Origin: a virus
IMG/VR virus record: IMGVR_UViG_3300039210_000244
Span: 1 to 64,000 of that record
Length of the DNA: 64,000 nt
Reading direction: 5' to 3' (one strand)
In this document: positions 1 through 8,988 of the stretch, piece by piece
How positions within the stretch are numbered: the stretch's first letter is position 1
How the letters are laid out: every line of letters begins with the position of its first letter
The notes under the pieces: generated by a model
What the model was told of the DNA's origin: nothing
Database searches by the model: none
What the model saw: only the letters and a program-made list of their open reading frames with translations
Position numbers and translations under genes: made by a program

Positions 1-483
1 GTAGTCGTCGTGGACTGGAGGATCACCGATGGCACTGGCCCTACAATCGTTGCTGAGGTTAAAGCTGCACTCCCTGAGTGCCGATGGCTTCTCTACACTG
101 CGACACCTGATGCGTTCGTTCTACGAGCCGCCATCAACGCTGGGATTCACGGCGCCGTCTCGAAGGGCGCGCCGCTCGATGTTCTGTTGAGGGGAGTGAG
201 AGAAACCGCCGACGGCCATCAATTTTTCTGTCCCGAAGCAACCCGCGCCCTGCAATCCGTGCTGCTCTCTGCGACGAAGATCCAACAGCTCAACGATACG
301 GAGATTAAGCTGATCCGATTCATCGCCGACGGGATGGAGATGAAAGACGCTGCTTTCTCCGCTGGGATCGCAACCAAGACCGCCCACAACTACCTCACTG
401 GCATTCGAGAAAAACTAGGCTGCGCGAGCATGGTTGACATCGCGACATGGGCGATCCGGCACGGTCTTGCTGTGGGTGAGTAA
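1..483 (+). CDS. NarL/FixJ (LuxR-type HTH) response regulator, 5' end outside the window
   Basis: Receiver-like segment (VVVVD...LLYT...GAVSK) followed by a LuxR HTH (LNDTEIKLIRFIADG...IATKTAHNYLTGIREKLG); frame open from position 1. Confidence 0.85.
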   Translation, partial: VVVVDWRITDGTGPTIVAEVKAALPECRWLLYTATPDAFVLRAAINAGIHGAVSKGAPLDVLLRGVRETADGHQFFCPEATRALQSVLLSATKIQQLNDTEIKLIRFIADGMEMKDAAFSAGIATKTAHNYLTGIREKLGCASMVDIATWAIRHGLAVGE

Positions 484-548
484 CGTACTACATTGTAGCA
501 TGTGCCGGGCGTTGTGCACACTTACAGAGATGCGCTTCGTCATTTTAA

Positions 549-905
549 GTGACAATCTCAGGAGGCCGGAGAAGCAGCTCCATTTCTTTGCCCTACACTG
601 TTGGCCGGGCTCTCACTAAAAGAGCGGCGAGCCTCGATCTGCCGCCAGCCCGCTACGTCCGTCACCTTCTTCGGAATGATCAGATTGCGCCTTATCACGG
701 ACTCGCAGACCTACTCGACCACGTGCCATCGAGTAAGTTCGCGAACGTTAGAATCCCGACCTCGTTACCTGAATACCGCCTCTCCGGAATCCTGATGCGA
801 GCCGCCGAAGAAAAACTCGACGTGTCATCTTACGTGGCCGCGCTCGTTCTGCGTGATCTGGCGATGAACGGGAAAGGCTTCACGATCCTATCGACACCGG
901 CCTGA
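549..905 (+). CDS. Small DNA-binding protein, probably two ribbon-helix-helix-like repeats
   Basis: Two similar units (ISLP...RAASLDLPPARYVRHLLRND and TSLP...RAAEEKLDVSSYVAALVLRD). Confidence 0.5.
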   Translation: MTISGGRRSSSISLPYTVGRALTKRAASLDLPPARYVRHLLRNDQIAPYHGLADLLDHVPSSKFANVRIPTSLPEYRLSGILMRAAEEKLDVSSYVAALVLRDLAMNGKGFTILSTPA

Positions 906-906
906 G

Positions 907-2652
907 TCAGCTCGCCTTCGCCAGCACACCCGGCTCATCGCAGTCGGCGAATAGGTCGGCGGGCTGATTGGTCGGAGCCGAGGGTTTAACCTCGGGAGCG
1001 GGCGTCGGCGCGCCGAGCATCAGAAGCGAGTGGGCGCCGAGCTGCAGCTGCTTGCCGAAATACTTCGGGGCGTTTTTGTCGCCGAGTTCTTCCGCGGCCT
1101 GCGCGCCGTTTTTGAGCCAGCCTTTCAGCCGGCCGTATTCGACGTTCAACGCCAGCGAGAAATCCTGGTTCATCCGCAGGTGGATGTTTCCATTCAGGAA
1201 GGCTCGCACCTCGAACAGCGTATCACTGTGTCCGATCTCTATCACGTTGTTGCAGTAGAATTCCTGACACTCGCCACTCCGCCAGATTGTACGATCCCAC
1301 CGGTTCAGCCTGCGGTCGTCTGTGTTACTGTCGAAACCGAGGTTGCGGGCAACGGTCAGCAAATCACCGAGGAAGTCACAGGCCGTCTCGTTGAGCGATT
1401 GTTCTTTGCCAGACCATTCCTTATTAACACCGCCCATGCGCTGAAGCACCATGCGATATTCGAGCGCGATGTGACTCGGCTTCTCCTCGTTGTAGCGCCA
1501 GCGGTCGTGTACGAATGGACGTTGATTTGAGACGTAGTTTCGGACGTTCGCCGACTCGACCATCGCCTCGAATGTTTCGATCAACTGCTCGTCGAGGTAG
1601 TTGTTCGCGTTCTTGAGCACCCACAGGATGACCGCGTGAATATTGCCCACCGTAAAATCAACGTGACCGTTCGCATTCAGCGTTTCGAGCATCCGGTTCC
1701 GCTTCTTGTGCGTGAGCCTATCCGTCACCTGTTTCATGTGTGCGAACAGCTCTTTCCAGTAGGTGTTGCGCAGTCCGGTCAACCGGGCTTTGAGGCAGCC
1801 TAGAATTCTTACCGGGGTCACGTCGAATTCCTTCAGGAGATCCACGTCTAGCTGCGCGACGAGATCGTAGTTTTTCCGGATATGATCCAGCTCGTCATTG
1901 TAGAGTTCGACCATGCGCTCCGGGTAGTTTGCGCCGACCACGAGTGAAGCGAACTTCGGATTTTGAACATCCTCCTGCCGGTTCTTCTTTCCCTCGGCGT
2001 CCGGGTCAACACCCGCGGCTTCGAATTTCGCTTTCAGGCCAGCGAATTGCTCGTTGAAGAAGCGATCAAAGGCGTCGTCTTTTTCGACGGCCAACTCGAT
2101 ACGGATCAGGTGGACGATCGCGCGGGCCGTGCGGTCCTCCGCGTCTTGGAAGCTAAACTTGCCGACCGTCCTATATTTCGCCTCACGGTATTTGATGGCA
2201 GCCGCGATCTCGACTGACTTCTCCCAGCGCACCGGGATGACGAGATAGACGACCTTCGATGACGACTCACGAATGATCTTCGTGCTCCATGCCTCAAACT
2301 CGGAATAGGGCGGATTGCAGAACGTTACATCCACCTGTTTTGCCACAAGCGACTGCTCGTGAAATTCGGTGCCGACGATAAAGATTGACGGGTCGAGATG
2401 CTGGCACAGCACGATCGATTTCTCGATGGCGTAGAGTTCGGAGAACCCACAGCCGCCCTGGAGCGCGCGCAGCACCTTTCCGTTGCCTGCGCCGATGTCG
2501 AGAACCGAGTTGAAGCCTCGCTTGTAGTCGTAGCGATTGGCCTCCTTGAAGGCGCTGGTATCGCGGATAAGCGCGGCAATGATCTCGTCGGTCGTTGGGT
2601 AGAATTCGAAGTCTTGATCAGACTCTTTGAGTTGTTGGATCAGTTGGTTCAT
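907..2652 (-). CDS. SAM-dependent amino-(N6A/N4C) DNA methyltransferase-like protein with large C-terminal domain (DUF4942-like)
   Basis: FYPT, VLDIGAGNG (motif I) and NPPYS (motif IV); C-terminal RAFLNGNIHLR. Confidence 0.8.
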   Translation of the reverse strand: MNQLIQQLKESDQDFEFYPTTDEIIAALIRDTSAFKEANRYDYKRGFNSVLDIGAGNGKVLRALQGGCGFSELYAIEKSIVLCQHLDPSIFIVGTEFHEQSLVAKQVDVTFCNPPYSEFEAWSTKIIRESSSKVVYLVIPVRWEKSVEIAAAIKYREAKYRTVGKFSFQDAEDRTARAIVHLIRIELAVEKDDAFDRFFNEQFAGLKAKFEAAGVDPDAEGKKNRQEDVQNPKFASLVVGANYPERMVELYNDELDHIRKNYDLVAQLDVDLLKEFDVTPVRILGCLKARLTGLRNTYWKELFAHMKQVTDRLTHKKRNRMLETLNANGHVDFTVGNIHAVILWVLKNANNYLDEQLIETFEAMVESANVRNYVSNQRPFVHDRWRYNEEKPSHIALEYRMVLQRMGGVNKEWSGKEQSLNETACDFLGDLLTVARNLGFDSNTDDRRLNRWDRTIWRSGECQEFYCNNVIEIGHSDTLFEVRAFLNGNIHLRMNQDFSLALNVEYGRLKGWLKNGAQAAEELGDKNAPKYFGKQLQLGAHSLLMLGAPTPAPEVKPSAPTNQPADLFADCDEPGVLAKAS

Positions 2653-2687
2653 GTCTTTTCGGGTTCAGGTTCGGGTTTCGGAAAAAT

Positions 2688-3584
2688 TTAAGCGGCGACG
2701 GGCTGCGTCGCTTTCCACGCCTTGATGGCCTGCGCGAGATCCGGCGGAGTCATGTTCGTGCCGTCGGGCCTAAGCGGGCGAATGTCGAAAAACTCCCACG
2801 GGTCGTCAGCGTCGCCGCCTTCAAGATGCACGGCCTTCTTCCCGATCCGCTTCACGGTATGAGTTGAGCCATTGCACATCAGCTCGACCTTTGTTCCAGG
2901 CGGACAGGTCGCGCGGAGGTAATCGCCGTAAAGGTCGGAGAGGTTTTGTGCCTTCACGCGTGACGGAGCGGTCGCGCACCTCTGGCCGTTTTCGTAGCAC
3001 TCACCGGCCTCCACTGCTTTCTGTCGGGCGATGAAAAAAGCGAGATCGGTCTTCACCTTCTGAAGTTCCACTGAGTCATCGATCAGGCGATCAGCCGCCG
3101 CGTATTGCTTCTTGCGCGTACCGGCGTTGCCGCATCCGGCGCCGAGCGGGAAGTGCGTCGCCATCGGGTCGGCTATGCCGAGTTTCTTTTCGAGCACCGC
3201 TTTGCGGGTCTCAAGTGAGTCGATTCGTTCAGAGAGTGTCATGGTCGTTTCGGGCTTCGGATTCACACCGGGCGACAGTTTGAAAATCTCACTCTGCCAA
3301 AAGCCACCGTTGTTCGTGGCGTATGCGTTGCCGTGTTTCACGCGCTCCACGAGCAAACGCATTCCAGCACGCTCCATCTTCTTTGTAACCTTCACCCACT
3401 CGCGGCGGATTATCATGGTGATGTGGGTTGATCCGCAGCACTCCCGCCAGCCCACTTCGACGGAGCCGGTTTTCGTGAGCGTTGAATACCAGCCCGCGAG
3501 GCTGTTGCTCTGGTATCCGAGCTTTGCGTTTATTTTTTGGTCGGCGACATCAATGGCCGCGACGATCGAGGCGGAGTTTATCAA
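2688..3584 (-). CDS. Hypothetical protein; start uncertain, possible internal start at 3242
   Basis: Long ORF downstream of a promoter motif; the tracked N-terminus KPEPE is a translation of the leader repeat. Confidence 0.55.
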   Translation of the reverse strand: MINSASIVAAIDVADQKINAKLGYQSNSLAGWYSTLTKTGSVEVGWRECCGSTHITMIIRREWVKVTKKMERAGMRLLVERVKHGNAYATNNGGFWQSEIFKLSPGVNPKPETTMTLSERIDSLETRKAVLEKKLGIADPMATHFPLGAGCGNAGTRKKQYAAADRLIDDSVELQKVKTDLAFFIARQKAVEAGECYENGQRCATAPSRVKAQNLSDLYGDYLRATCPPGTKVELMCNGSTHTVKRIGKKAVHLEGGDADDPWEFFDIRPLRPDGTNMTPPDLAQAIKAWKATQPVAA

Positions 3585-3610
3585 AGTAGCATTCGTTTCG
3601 GGTTCGGGTT

Positions 3611-3660
3611 TGACTGACAAGAGAAGTGAAAGGAATTACCGCATTAGTGTAAAGAGAAAA
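3611..3660 (-). promoter_or_regulatory. Repeated phage promoter motif (TCTTTACA -35-like, then GTCAGTCA and leader repeat)
   Basis: One of 8 similar intergenic copies. Confidence 0.6.
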
Positions 3661-3665
3661 ATGAA

Positions 3666-3692
3666 AAAGGCGCGAAGTTTTTTCGCGCCTTT
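3666..3692 (-). terminator. Intrinsic terminator
   Basis: AAAGGCGCGAA/TTCGCGCCTTT hairpin followed by a T-rich run on the minus strand. Confidence 0.6.
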
Positions 3693-3739
3693 GCCATGAA
3701 CCAATGTGGTTCGCTGCGTCGTAATTGAACCAATACGGT

Positions 3740-4246
3740 TCAGCGTTGGTCGCCGCTGCCAGCGATCACGCCGCGAGCCATCCGGCACTCCAGCTTCTCG
3801 ATGTTCAGGCGCATGACCTCGGCTAGCGTCGAGTCGCCGATGAGTTCCGCTTCTCCGGCTACAGCACGAAGAATCAACTCAATTTGCTCGCGCACAAACT
3901 CCGGATTCATCGGCGTGCCGTCACGGATAGTTTTCTTCGCCTTGTTGGCGATCAGCCCGGCGTGGATGACGAGCTGATCGGAAGAGCCAGCTGCCCACTG
4001 CTCGTTTCCGAGCTCGCCCAACTCGATCCCGAACAGATTAGCAAGAACCGCACAATACCAACACACGTCACCGAGCTCTCCGATTACATCCTCCTCGGTC
4101 AGAGGCGCCCCCTGACCTTGGCACTGATATTTCTCAATCAGCTCGGCCACCTCCCCACACAGGCCAAGCGTGAGGTAGGCGAGGGCTTGTTCCGGTGGGA
4201 ACTGAGCGGTTTGTAGTGCGCGTTTCTGGTATTCTTTCGGGTTCAT
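3740..4246 (-). CDS. MazG-like nucleotide pyrophosphohydrolase (duplicated helical unit)
   Basis: LGLCGEVAEL...ELGDVCWY motif; C-terminal NIEKL..R..RGVIAGSGDQR. Confidence 0.85.
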   Translation of the reverse strand: MNPKEYQKRALQTAQFPPEQALAYLTLGLCGEVAELIEKYQCQGQGAPLTEEDVIGELGDVCWYCAVLANLFGIELGELGNEQWAAGSSDQLVIHAGLIANKAKKTIRDGTPMNPEFVREQIELILRAVAGEAELIGDSTLAEVMRLNIEKLECRMARGVIAGSGDQR

Positions 4247-4279
4247 TCAGGATTCGTTTCGGGTTGGTGGTGCTGAGGA

Positions 4280-4768
4280 TCAACGGCGTTGCGGCGGAGG
4301 GCAGTGAGCAGGACTCGGCCTCGCTGCCTGATCCGATGACCGTTCATCCTCTGTCAGTACCGGGATGGCCTTACCCTTCAGCCGGCGAATGTCGAAATCC
4401 ATCGAGGCGACAGCCGCGCCAGTTTTTGCGAGCGTGCCTTTCGGCTGAACGGCGACGTGAACACATCCGCTAATGTGCATGTTGATCCCGATCGCGATTC
4501 CCTTGAATCCGCTGGCGGTGTCCGTCACCTCGGTTCCCAGCACTTCGATCGGGAAAGCTACTGCGTCGAATGCTACACCATCCATATCGAGACGATCTGG
4601 AACGACCCATACGCGATCGACCGGCTGTCCTGTCTCAGGATTGAGGCCGCGGGGTTGAAACGCATATTGGAGCCGGCGGTCGAGCTCCATGTACGCGTGA
4701 GTCACCATGCCCATCAGGCCGGTGGCAGTGTCTTTCGTGACGGAGCCGAGTTTGATGATCTTGATCAT
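4280..4768 (-). CDS. Hypothetical phage protein with internal tandem duplication
   Basis: LGSVTKDTATGLMG...QPRG repeated as LGTEVTDTASGFKG...QPKG. Confidence 0.7.
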   Translation of the reverse strand: MIKIIKLGSVTKDTATGLMGMVTHAYMELDRRLQYAFQPRGLNPETGQPVDRVWVVPDRLDMDGVAFDAVAFPIEVLGTEVTDTASGFKGIAIGINMHISGCVHVAVQPKGTLAKTGAAVASMDFDIRRLKGKAIPVLTEDERSSDQAARPSPAHCPPPQRR

Positions 4769-4813
4769 ATTTTTTTCAGGTTCAGGTTTCGGGTTTTGAT
4801 AACAGGAAAAGGT

Positions 4814-5209
4814 TCAGAGCCAAAGCCGGCGCCACCGGGCGCACCACGCTACACGCATCTGATGCTCGCGTTTGACCCGCTCCATCAACGCTTGGTTCAT
4901 CTGCAACGTTTGCTCCGCGTATCTGTCAATGTGCATTCGTTCCAGATCGCGCCTTCCGCGCGGCGTCTTGCGGCGGATATTTTTGTCCGATACAAGTGCA
5001 TTCCAGCCGTAGCATGACTCTACGGTGTAGCACGGACTACCCGCCGTTGCCCAAACGTCGATAGTTCGCGCAGGATTGTACCACCTTACTGTGCCAGATA
5101 TCACGCCATCTTCCCGGAGGAAATAGACGGCTTCGCCTTTTTTGATTGGCCACTGCTTCTGGGGTAGCGGATTGGAGATCGAAACAGGTTTCTTTGGGTC
5201 GAATTTCAT
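4814..5209 (-). CDS. Hypothetical protein
   Basis: ORF packed in the operon. Confidence 0.6.
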   Translation of the reverse strand: MKFDPKKPVSISNPLPQKQWPIKKGEAVYFLREDGVISGTVRWYNPARTIDVWATAGSPCYTVESCYGWNALVSDKNIRRKTPRGRRDLERMHIDRYAEQTLQMNQALMERVKREHQMRVAWCARWRRLWL

Positions 5210-5215
5210 GGGGAT

Positions 5216-6856
5216 TTAGACGGTGGCCGGCGTGAGTGCCGCGACCGTTTCAAAGAGTTCGCCGGGCTGGCGATTGGTCAGGACGGTCTTGTTGTTCGGC
5301 AGTGTCATGCGGCGCTGGCGCGCGCTGGTGACGACGAGCGATTTCTTTGCCCGGGTCACGGCGACGAAGAATAGTCTGCGTTCCTCCGCCATTTCCTCCG
5401 GCGTGTCGGCGGTGAAGAGTTCCGCGCCGGGAACTATCACAGAATCGAATTCCTCCCCCTTAGCCGCGTGGCAGGTCAGAATGTTCACACCTCGGATCGA
5501 TTTGGCTTCTGGCGAAGCGCGCAGGCACTCCAGCAACGCCTCAACGGTATCCGGTCGGAAGATCCGAATCCGTTCAGCCATCAGCGCGTGGCTCGCTGAG
5601 CTGACGCCGTAGCGGTGGAGATCCGCGTTGAGTGAGAGAATGACCTGCAGAGACGGGAGCGCCCAAATGGCGGCGTTTGGACACCGCTTGCGATACTCTT
5701 CGAGGTTGCGCTCGGCATCGTCCGGACTCGTGCGCTGGATGCGGGCTTGTTCGCGCGCCAGCAGTCGGGCGTTTGCCCAACTTCCGGGCGATGCGATCTG
5801 CTGCAGGATCAGGAGCAGCAAACGCCAGTCGCGCGGTTTCTTCTCGCTCTCCCGTTCGGCTACCGGGATGCCGGCCGCGTGAAGGTCTTCGCGAATTTCG
5901 TCCGCCAGCCGGTTCGTCCGGCACAGCACTGCGATTTCTGCCGGACCAACGCCGGCCGCGATCTCCATTTCGATTTCGAGGCGGACAGTCGCACGCTCGG
6001 CGTCATCGCTGCTCGTGGCGAACGTCTTCACCGTCGCCCCGTCGCCAAGCGCGCTCTCGGTCTTCTTGTCGATCCTGTCCGGATTGAGCGAGATCACGGC
6101 GTTGGCCACGTCGCAGATTTCCCGGCCGCATCGATAATTCAGGTTGAGCACGTGATGCGCGAACAGGTCCGGCATGTTCCAGAACTCCGTGACGTTCTCA
6201 GGACGTGCACCGCGAAATTTGTAAACCGACTGATCACTATCAGCCACGATCAGCAGTTGCTCGGGCTTGGCTGCCAGATAGATCGCGGCATCGACCGGTG
6301 AGCTGTCTTGATATTCGTCAACCGACCAACACGGCCACGGGTTTGATCCGCGGACCTTCATCAGCTTCAGTCCTTCGGTCAGCACCATGTCGAAGTCGAG
6401 CAAGTGCTCGCCCCGCATCCATTGGCGGTATGATCGCACAACGCGCGCGGCCTGCGTCACGCTCCGGTCATCCATCGCCAGCCCGCGAGCGGCCTCCAGC
6501 GCGGTCGCCGTGCCCTTGTAGTCCATCAGCGTCGCGTGACGGGCGAGAAATTCTCCGGCGTCCTGTTCGCCGACCATGACCCACCGCGGGTCATCGCGGC
6601 GTAGGAGCATCAACATCATCGCGTGAAGCGTGCCGACGAAGCCGGGCTTGCCGATCGTGGCGAGCAAACGCTGTTTCAGCACGCGAGCGGCGACGTTGGT
6701 GAACGTCACGAAACATTGTTGCTCGGGCTTGAATCCGATGGTTCCGAGGTGACGCGCACGCTCGACCACCACTTTGCTTTTCCCGCTCCCTGGACCGGCA
6801 ATGACCATATTCCAAGGCGCGGGCGAAATGACTGCGTTGAGTTGTTCGGTGTTCAT
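5216..6856 (-). CDS. UvrD/Rep/PcrA-family SF1A helicase
   Basis: AGPGSGKS, TFTN, DEYQD, QSVYKFRGA, NYRC, TCHAAKGEEFD and FVAVTRAK motifs. Confidence 0.93.
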   Translation of the reverse strand: MNTEQLNAVISPAPWNMVIAGPGSGKSKVVVERARHLGTIGFKPEQQCFVTFTNVAARVLKQRLLATIGKPGFVGTLHAMMLMLLRRDDPRWVMVGEQDAGEFLARHATLMDYKGTATALEAARGLAMDDRSVTQAARVVRSYRQWMRGEHLLDFDMVLTEGLKLMKVRGSNPWPCWSVDEYQDSSPVDAAIYLAAKPEQLLIVADSDQSVYKFRGARPENVTEFWNMPDLFAHHVLNLNYRCGREICDVANAVISLNPDRIDKKTESALGDGATVKTFATSSDDAERATVRLEIEMEIAAGVGPAEIAVLCRTNRLADEIREDLHAAGIPVAERESEKKPRDWRLLLLILQQIASPGSWANARLLAREQARIQRTSPDDAERNLEEYRKRCPNAAIWALPSLQVILSLNADLHRYGVSSASHALMAERIRIFRPDTVEALLECLRASPEAKSIRGVNILTCHAAKGEEFDSVIVPGAELFTADTPEEMAEERRLFFVAVTRAKKSLVVTSARQRRMTLPNNKTVLTNRQPGELFETVAALTPATV

Positions 6857-7105
6857 GGCATGAAAACGAAGACGACGCTAAGCACGTAGCTGACGCCGAG
6901 AGCGGCGCCAAAGAGCAGCGCGGTGAGGTAGGGGTGACGTTTCAAAACGATCCTTTCGTCAGGATCGCGATCGACCGGTAGAGCTGTTTGATCCGAGCCG
7001 TTTGGCGCGGCGTTTCACATTTGCGGCCTCCAAGGTGAAGCATTCGGCGGAGGCGGCTGTTCATCCAGTTCAGGCTGCGCTTGCGGCGTTTCTGGCACGG
7101 GCGGG

Positions 7106-7435
7106 TCACAGTGGACCCTCCGCTTTGGCGATTGCGGCCTCGGCCACTTGTCGCACATCACCGTTGCCAGCCAGCGCATGGCGCCACAACCTCCAATAGA
7201 CAGCCTTCAACGCCGCCAGTAGCTCAGCGTGGTTGTTCACGGCACGAACGATTACCTCGGCGTGGTGGCGACTATCCCGCGGCATGAAGCAGAACGGTTC
7301 CGTTTTTCCGCTAATAGGATCAACGCGATTGGTGCAAACGTACTCGATGTCGAAGCCATCAACATCGCGGGTTTCGATATGGAGTGGCGTTGGAGCGGCC
7401 ACAGCCGTCGTTACAGGCGATTCATTCATGTTCAT
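7106..7435 (-). CDS. Hypothetical phage protein
   Basis: Follows promoter and leader repeat; RAVNNHAELLAALK...AAIAKAEG is a common phage early-protein ending. Confidence 0.65.
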   Translation of the reverse strand: MNMNESPVTTAVAAPTPLHIETRDVDGFDIEYVCTNRVDPISGKTEPFCFMPRDSRHHAEVIVRAVNNHAELLAALKAVYWRLWRHALAGNGDVRQVAEAAIAKAEGPL

Positions 7436-7467
7436 TTCGGGTTCGGGTTACTGACTCGGGTTCGGGT

Positions 7468-7520
7468 TGACTGACAATGGGAGTAAAAGAAATTAGCTCA
7501 TTAGTGTAAAGATAAAAAGA
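7468..7520 (-). promoter_or_regulatory. Repeated phage promoter motif
   Basis: TCTTTACACTAATG...TTGTCAGTCA, very similar to the 3611-3660 copy. Confidence 0.6.
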
Positions 7521-7522
7521 AA

Positions 7523-7548
7523 GAGGCGCAGAAATAAATCTGCGCCTC
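7523..7548 (-). terminator. Intrinsic terminator
   Basis: GAGGCGCAGA/TCTGCGCCTC hairpin with T-run on the minus strand. Confidence 0.65.
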
Positions 7549-7556
7549 AGTGTTCA

Positions 7557-7701
7557 GGATGTGGCCGGGGTGCGTAATCGATTGTACCACTCACTTTTCA
7601 GAGCGAGGCATCGGGTGGAAGGGGACCATGTTCTAGAGCGTCCCGGTTCTCAATGCCTCTGGTTTATGCGTCCCACCTAGCCGGGGACCGGCCGCGCGTC
7701 C
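7557..7701 (+). ncRNA. Candidate structured RNA (irregular rod with internal bubble)
   Basis: Nested pairings found by eye: GGATGTGGCCGG/CCGGCCGCGCGTCC, GGTGCGTAA/TTATGCGTC, GAGGCAT/ATGCCTC, GGGAC/GTCCC; G-U pairs favour the plus strand. Confidence 0.3.
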
Positions 7702-7711
7702 CAAAGGTCCC

Positions 7712-8218
7712 TTAGAAGGAAACGTCTTCGTCGAGATTCTCCGTTGCCGGCGGGCGTTGCTGCTGCTGGCGAGCCGGCGGTGCATTCCGGTTCGGCTGCT
7801 GCTGGCGCTCAGCCGGCGGCGTGTGGCGCTCCTGCTGCTGGTTGCCGTTATCGCTGCTCGACGAGCCCTCGCCGGTCTTCCCGCAGAAGTCGAATCCGCC
7901 GGACGGAAAGTTGATCGTGAGCTTCAGCTTGCTCCGCTTCTGACCGCTCGTCTTGTCCTCCCATTGATCCATCTTCACGCGGCCCCAAACTATGATCGGC
8001 GAACCTTTCACGAAAAACTTCTGGATGATCTCGCCGGTTTTCCCCCACGCTTCGCAGTCGAGGAACGTCACGTCAGACCGATCTGCTCCGCTTTCGTCTT
8101 TCCATGTGCGATTGTTCGCCACGGAAAAGTTACAGATCGCGGTGCCGTTGGGCGTGACGCGAAGTTCGGGATCTCTGGCGAGGTTCCCGCCAAAGGTTAA
8201 ATGGTTGATTCCTGGCAT
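7712..8218 (-). CDS. ssb: Single-stranded DNA-binding protein
   Basis: GNLARDPELRVTPNG, CEAWGK, Q/P-rich linker, acidic tail DEDVSF. Confidence 0.95.
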   Translation of the reverse strand: MPGINHLTFGGNLARDPELRVTPNGTAICNFSVANNRTWKDESGADRSDVTFLDCEAWGKTGEIIQKFFVKGSPIIVWGRVKMDQWEDKTSGQKRSKLKLTINFPSGGFDFCGKTGEGSSSSDNGNQQQERHTPPAERQQQPNRNAPPARQQQQRPPATENLDEDVSF

Positions 8219-8252
8219 ATCGTTTCTTTCGTTTCGAGTATTTGTTTATTAC

Positions 8253-8708
8253 TTACGGTGAATCTGGAGCGGCATTCAGTAAAAGACCGTTCATTCCGGC
8301 CTTCATATAACGCTGGAAAACTGTTTCGCCTGACGAGGTGCGAGCGTACGGCAGAAAAACTTGATCGAGACGGACCATTGCCGTTTGCACGAGCGCGAGC
8401 TGCGCTTCAATCCAGTCTTTGATGATTCGCCAGCCTACGCGGGCAGCCTGCTCGCGCGTGACCAAGCGTGTCGGAATTTTACCGGCCTTGTGCTGCTTCT
8501 GGAGGATCGCGAATACAGCTTCCGTGTTGCATGGCAGCTGGTAGGTTGTCGGGCCAAACTCAGTTGCGATGCGGAATGAGATCCCGGATACGATGCCGCC
8601 GGAATACTCCGTCATGATCGCGATCGCACCCGCCCGCGCGAGGGTGCTCTGGATCTCGGAAACGGATTTCTCCGCTGCGATCTGCGTCGTGTAGTTGAGG
8701 ATGGCCAT
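8253..8708 (-). CDS. Conserved hypothetical phage protein
   Basis: MAILNYTTQI...QAARVGWRIIKDWIEAQLA...VFLPY; start reassigned to ATG 8708. Confidence 0.7.
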   Translation of the reverse strand: MAILNYTTQIAAEKSVSEIQSTLARAGAIAIMTEYSGGIVSGISFRIATEFGPTTYQLPCNTEAVFAILQKQHKAGKIPTRLVTREQAARVGWRIIKDWIEAQLALVQTAMVRLDQVFLPYARTSSGETVFQRYMKAGMNGLLLNAAPDSP

Positions 8709-8718
8709 GCGTGGAAAA

Positions 8719-8988
8719 TTAGAAGACGTGGAGGAACTCCTGCGCATCGACGCGGTAGATTTTGCAGCCAGAAAACTCTGCGCGGTCCGATTCCTCGAAC
8801 GTTGGATCGTAGGTTGGTTTTCCGCCTTTCCATTCAGCTCCCCAAAGGGAGCAGAGCGTAATGAGCTCTGACCATTCGTTATGACCGAGGAAAATCTTCG
8901 TCGGAGTTCCCGCGTGCTTGGCCACGATCTCGGCCATGATGCGGCCGTAAATCGCGACGCGCGGGGTTGGTTGTTCGTTCTCTTTCAT
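8719..8988 (-). CDS. Hypothetical protein
   Basis: ATG overlaps the stop of the Pif1 gene (ATGA). Confidence 0.55.
   Translation of the reverse strand: MKENEQPTPRVAIYGRIMAEIVAKHAGTPTKIFLGHNEWSELITLCSLWGAEWKGGKPTYDPTFEESDRAEFSGCKIYRVDAQEFLHVF

Noticed and set aside
7557-7701. tRNA gene
   Set aside because: No cloverleaf or T-loop GTTCRA consensus; no tRNA was recognised anywhere in the window.
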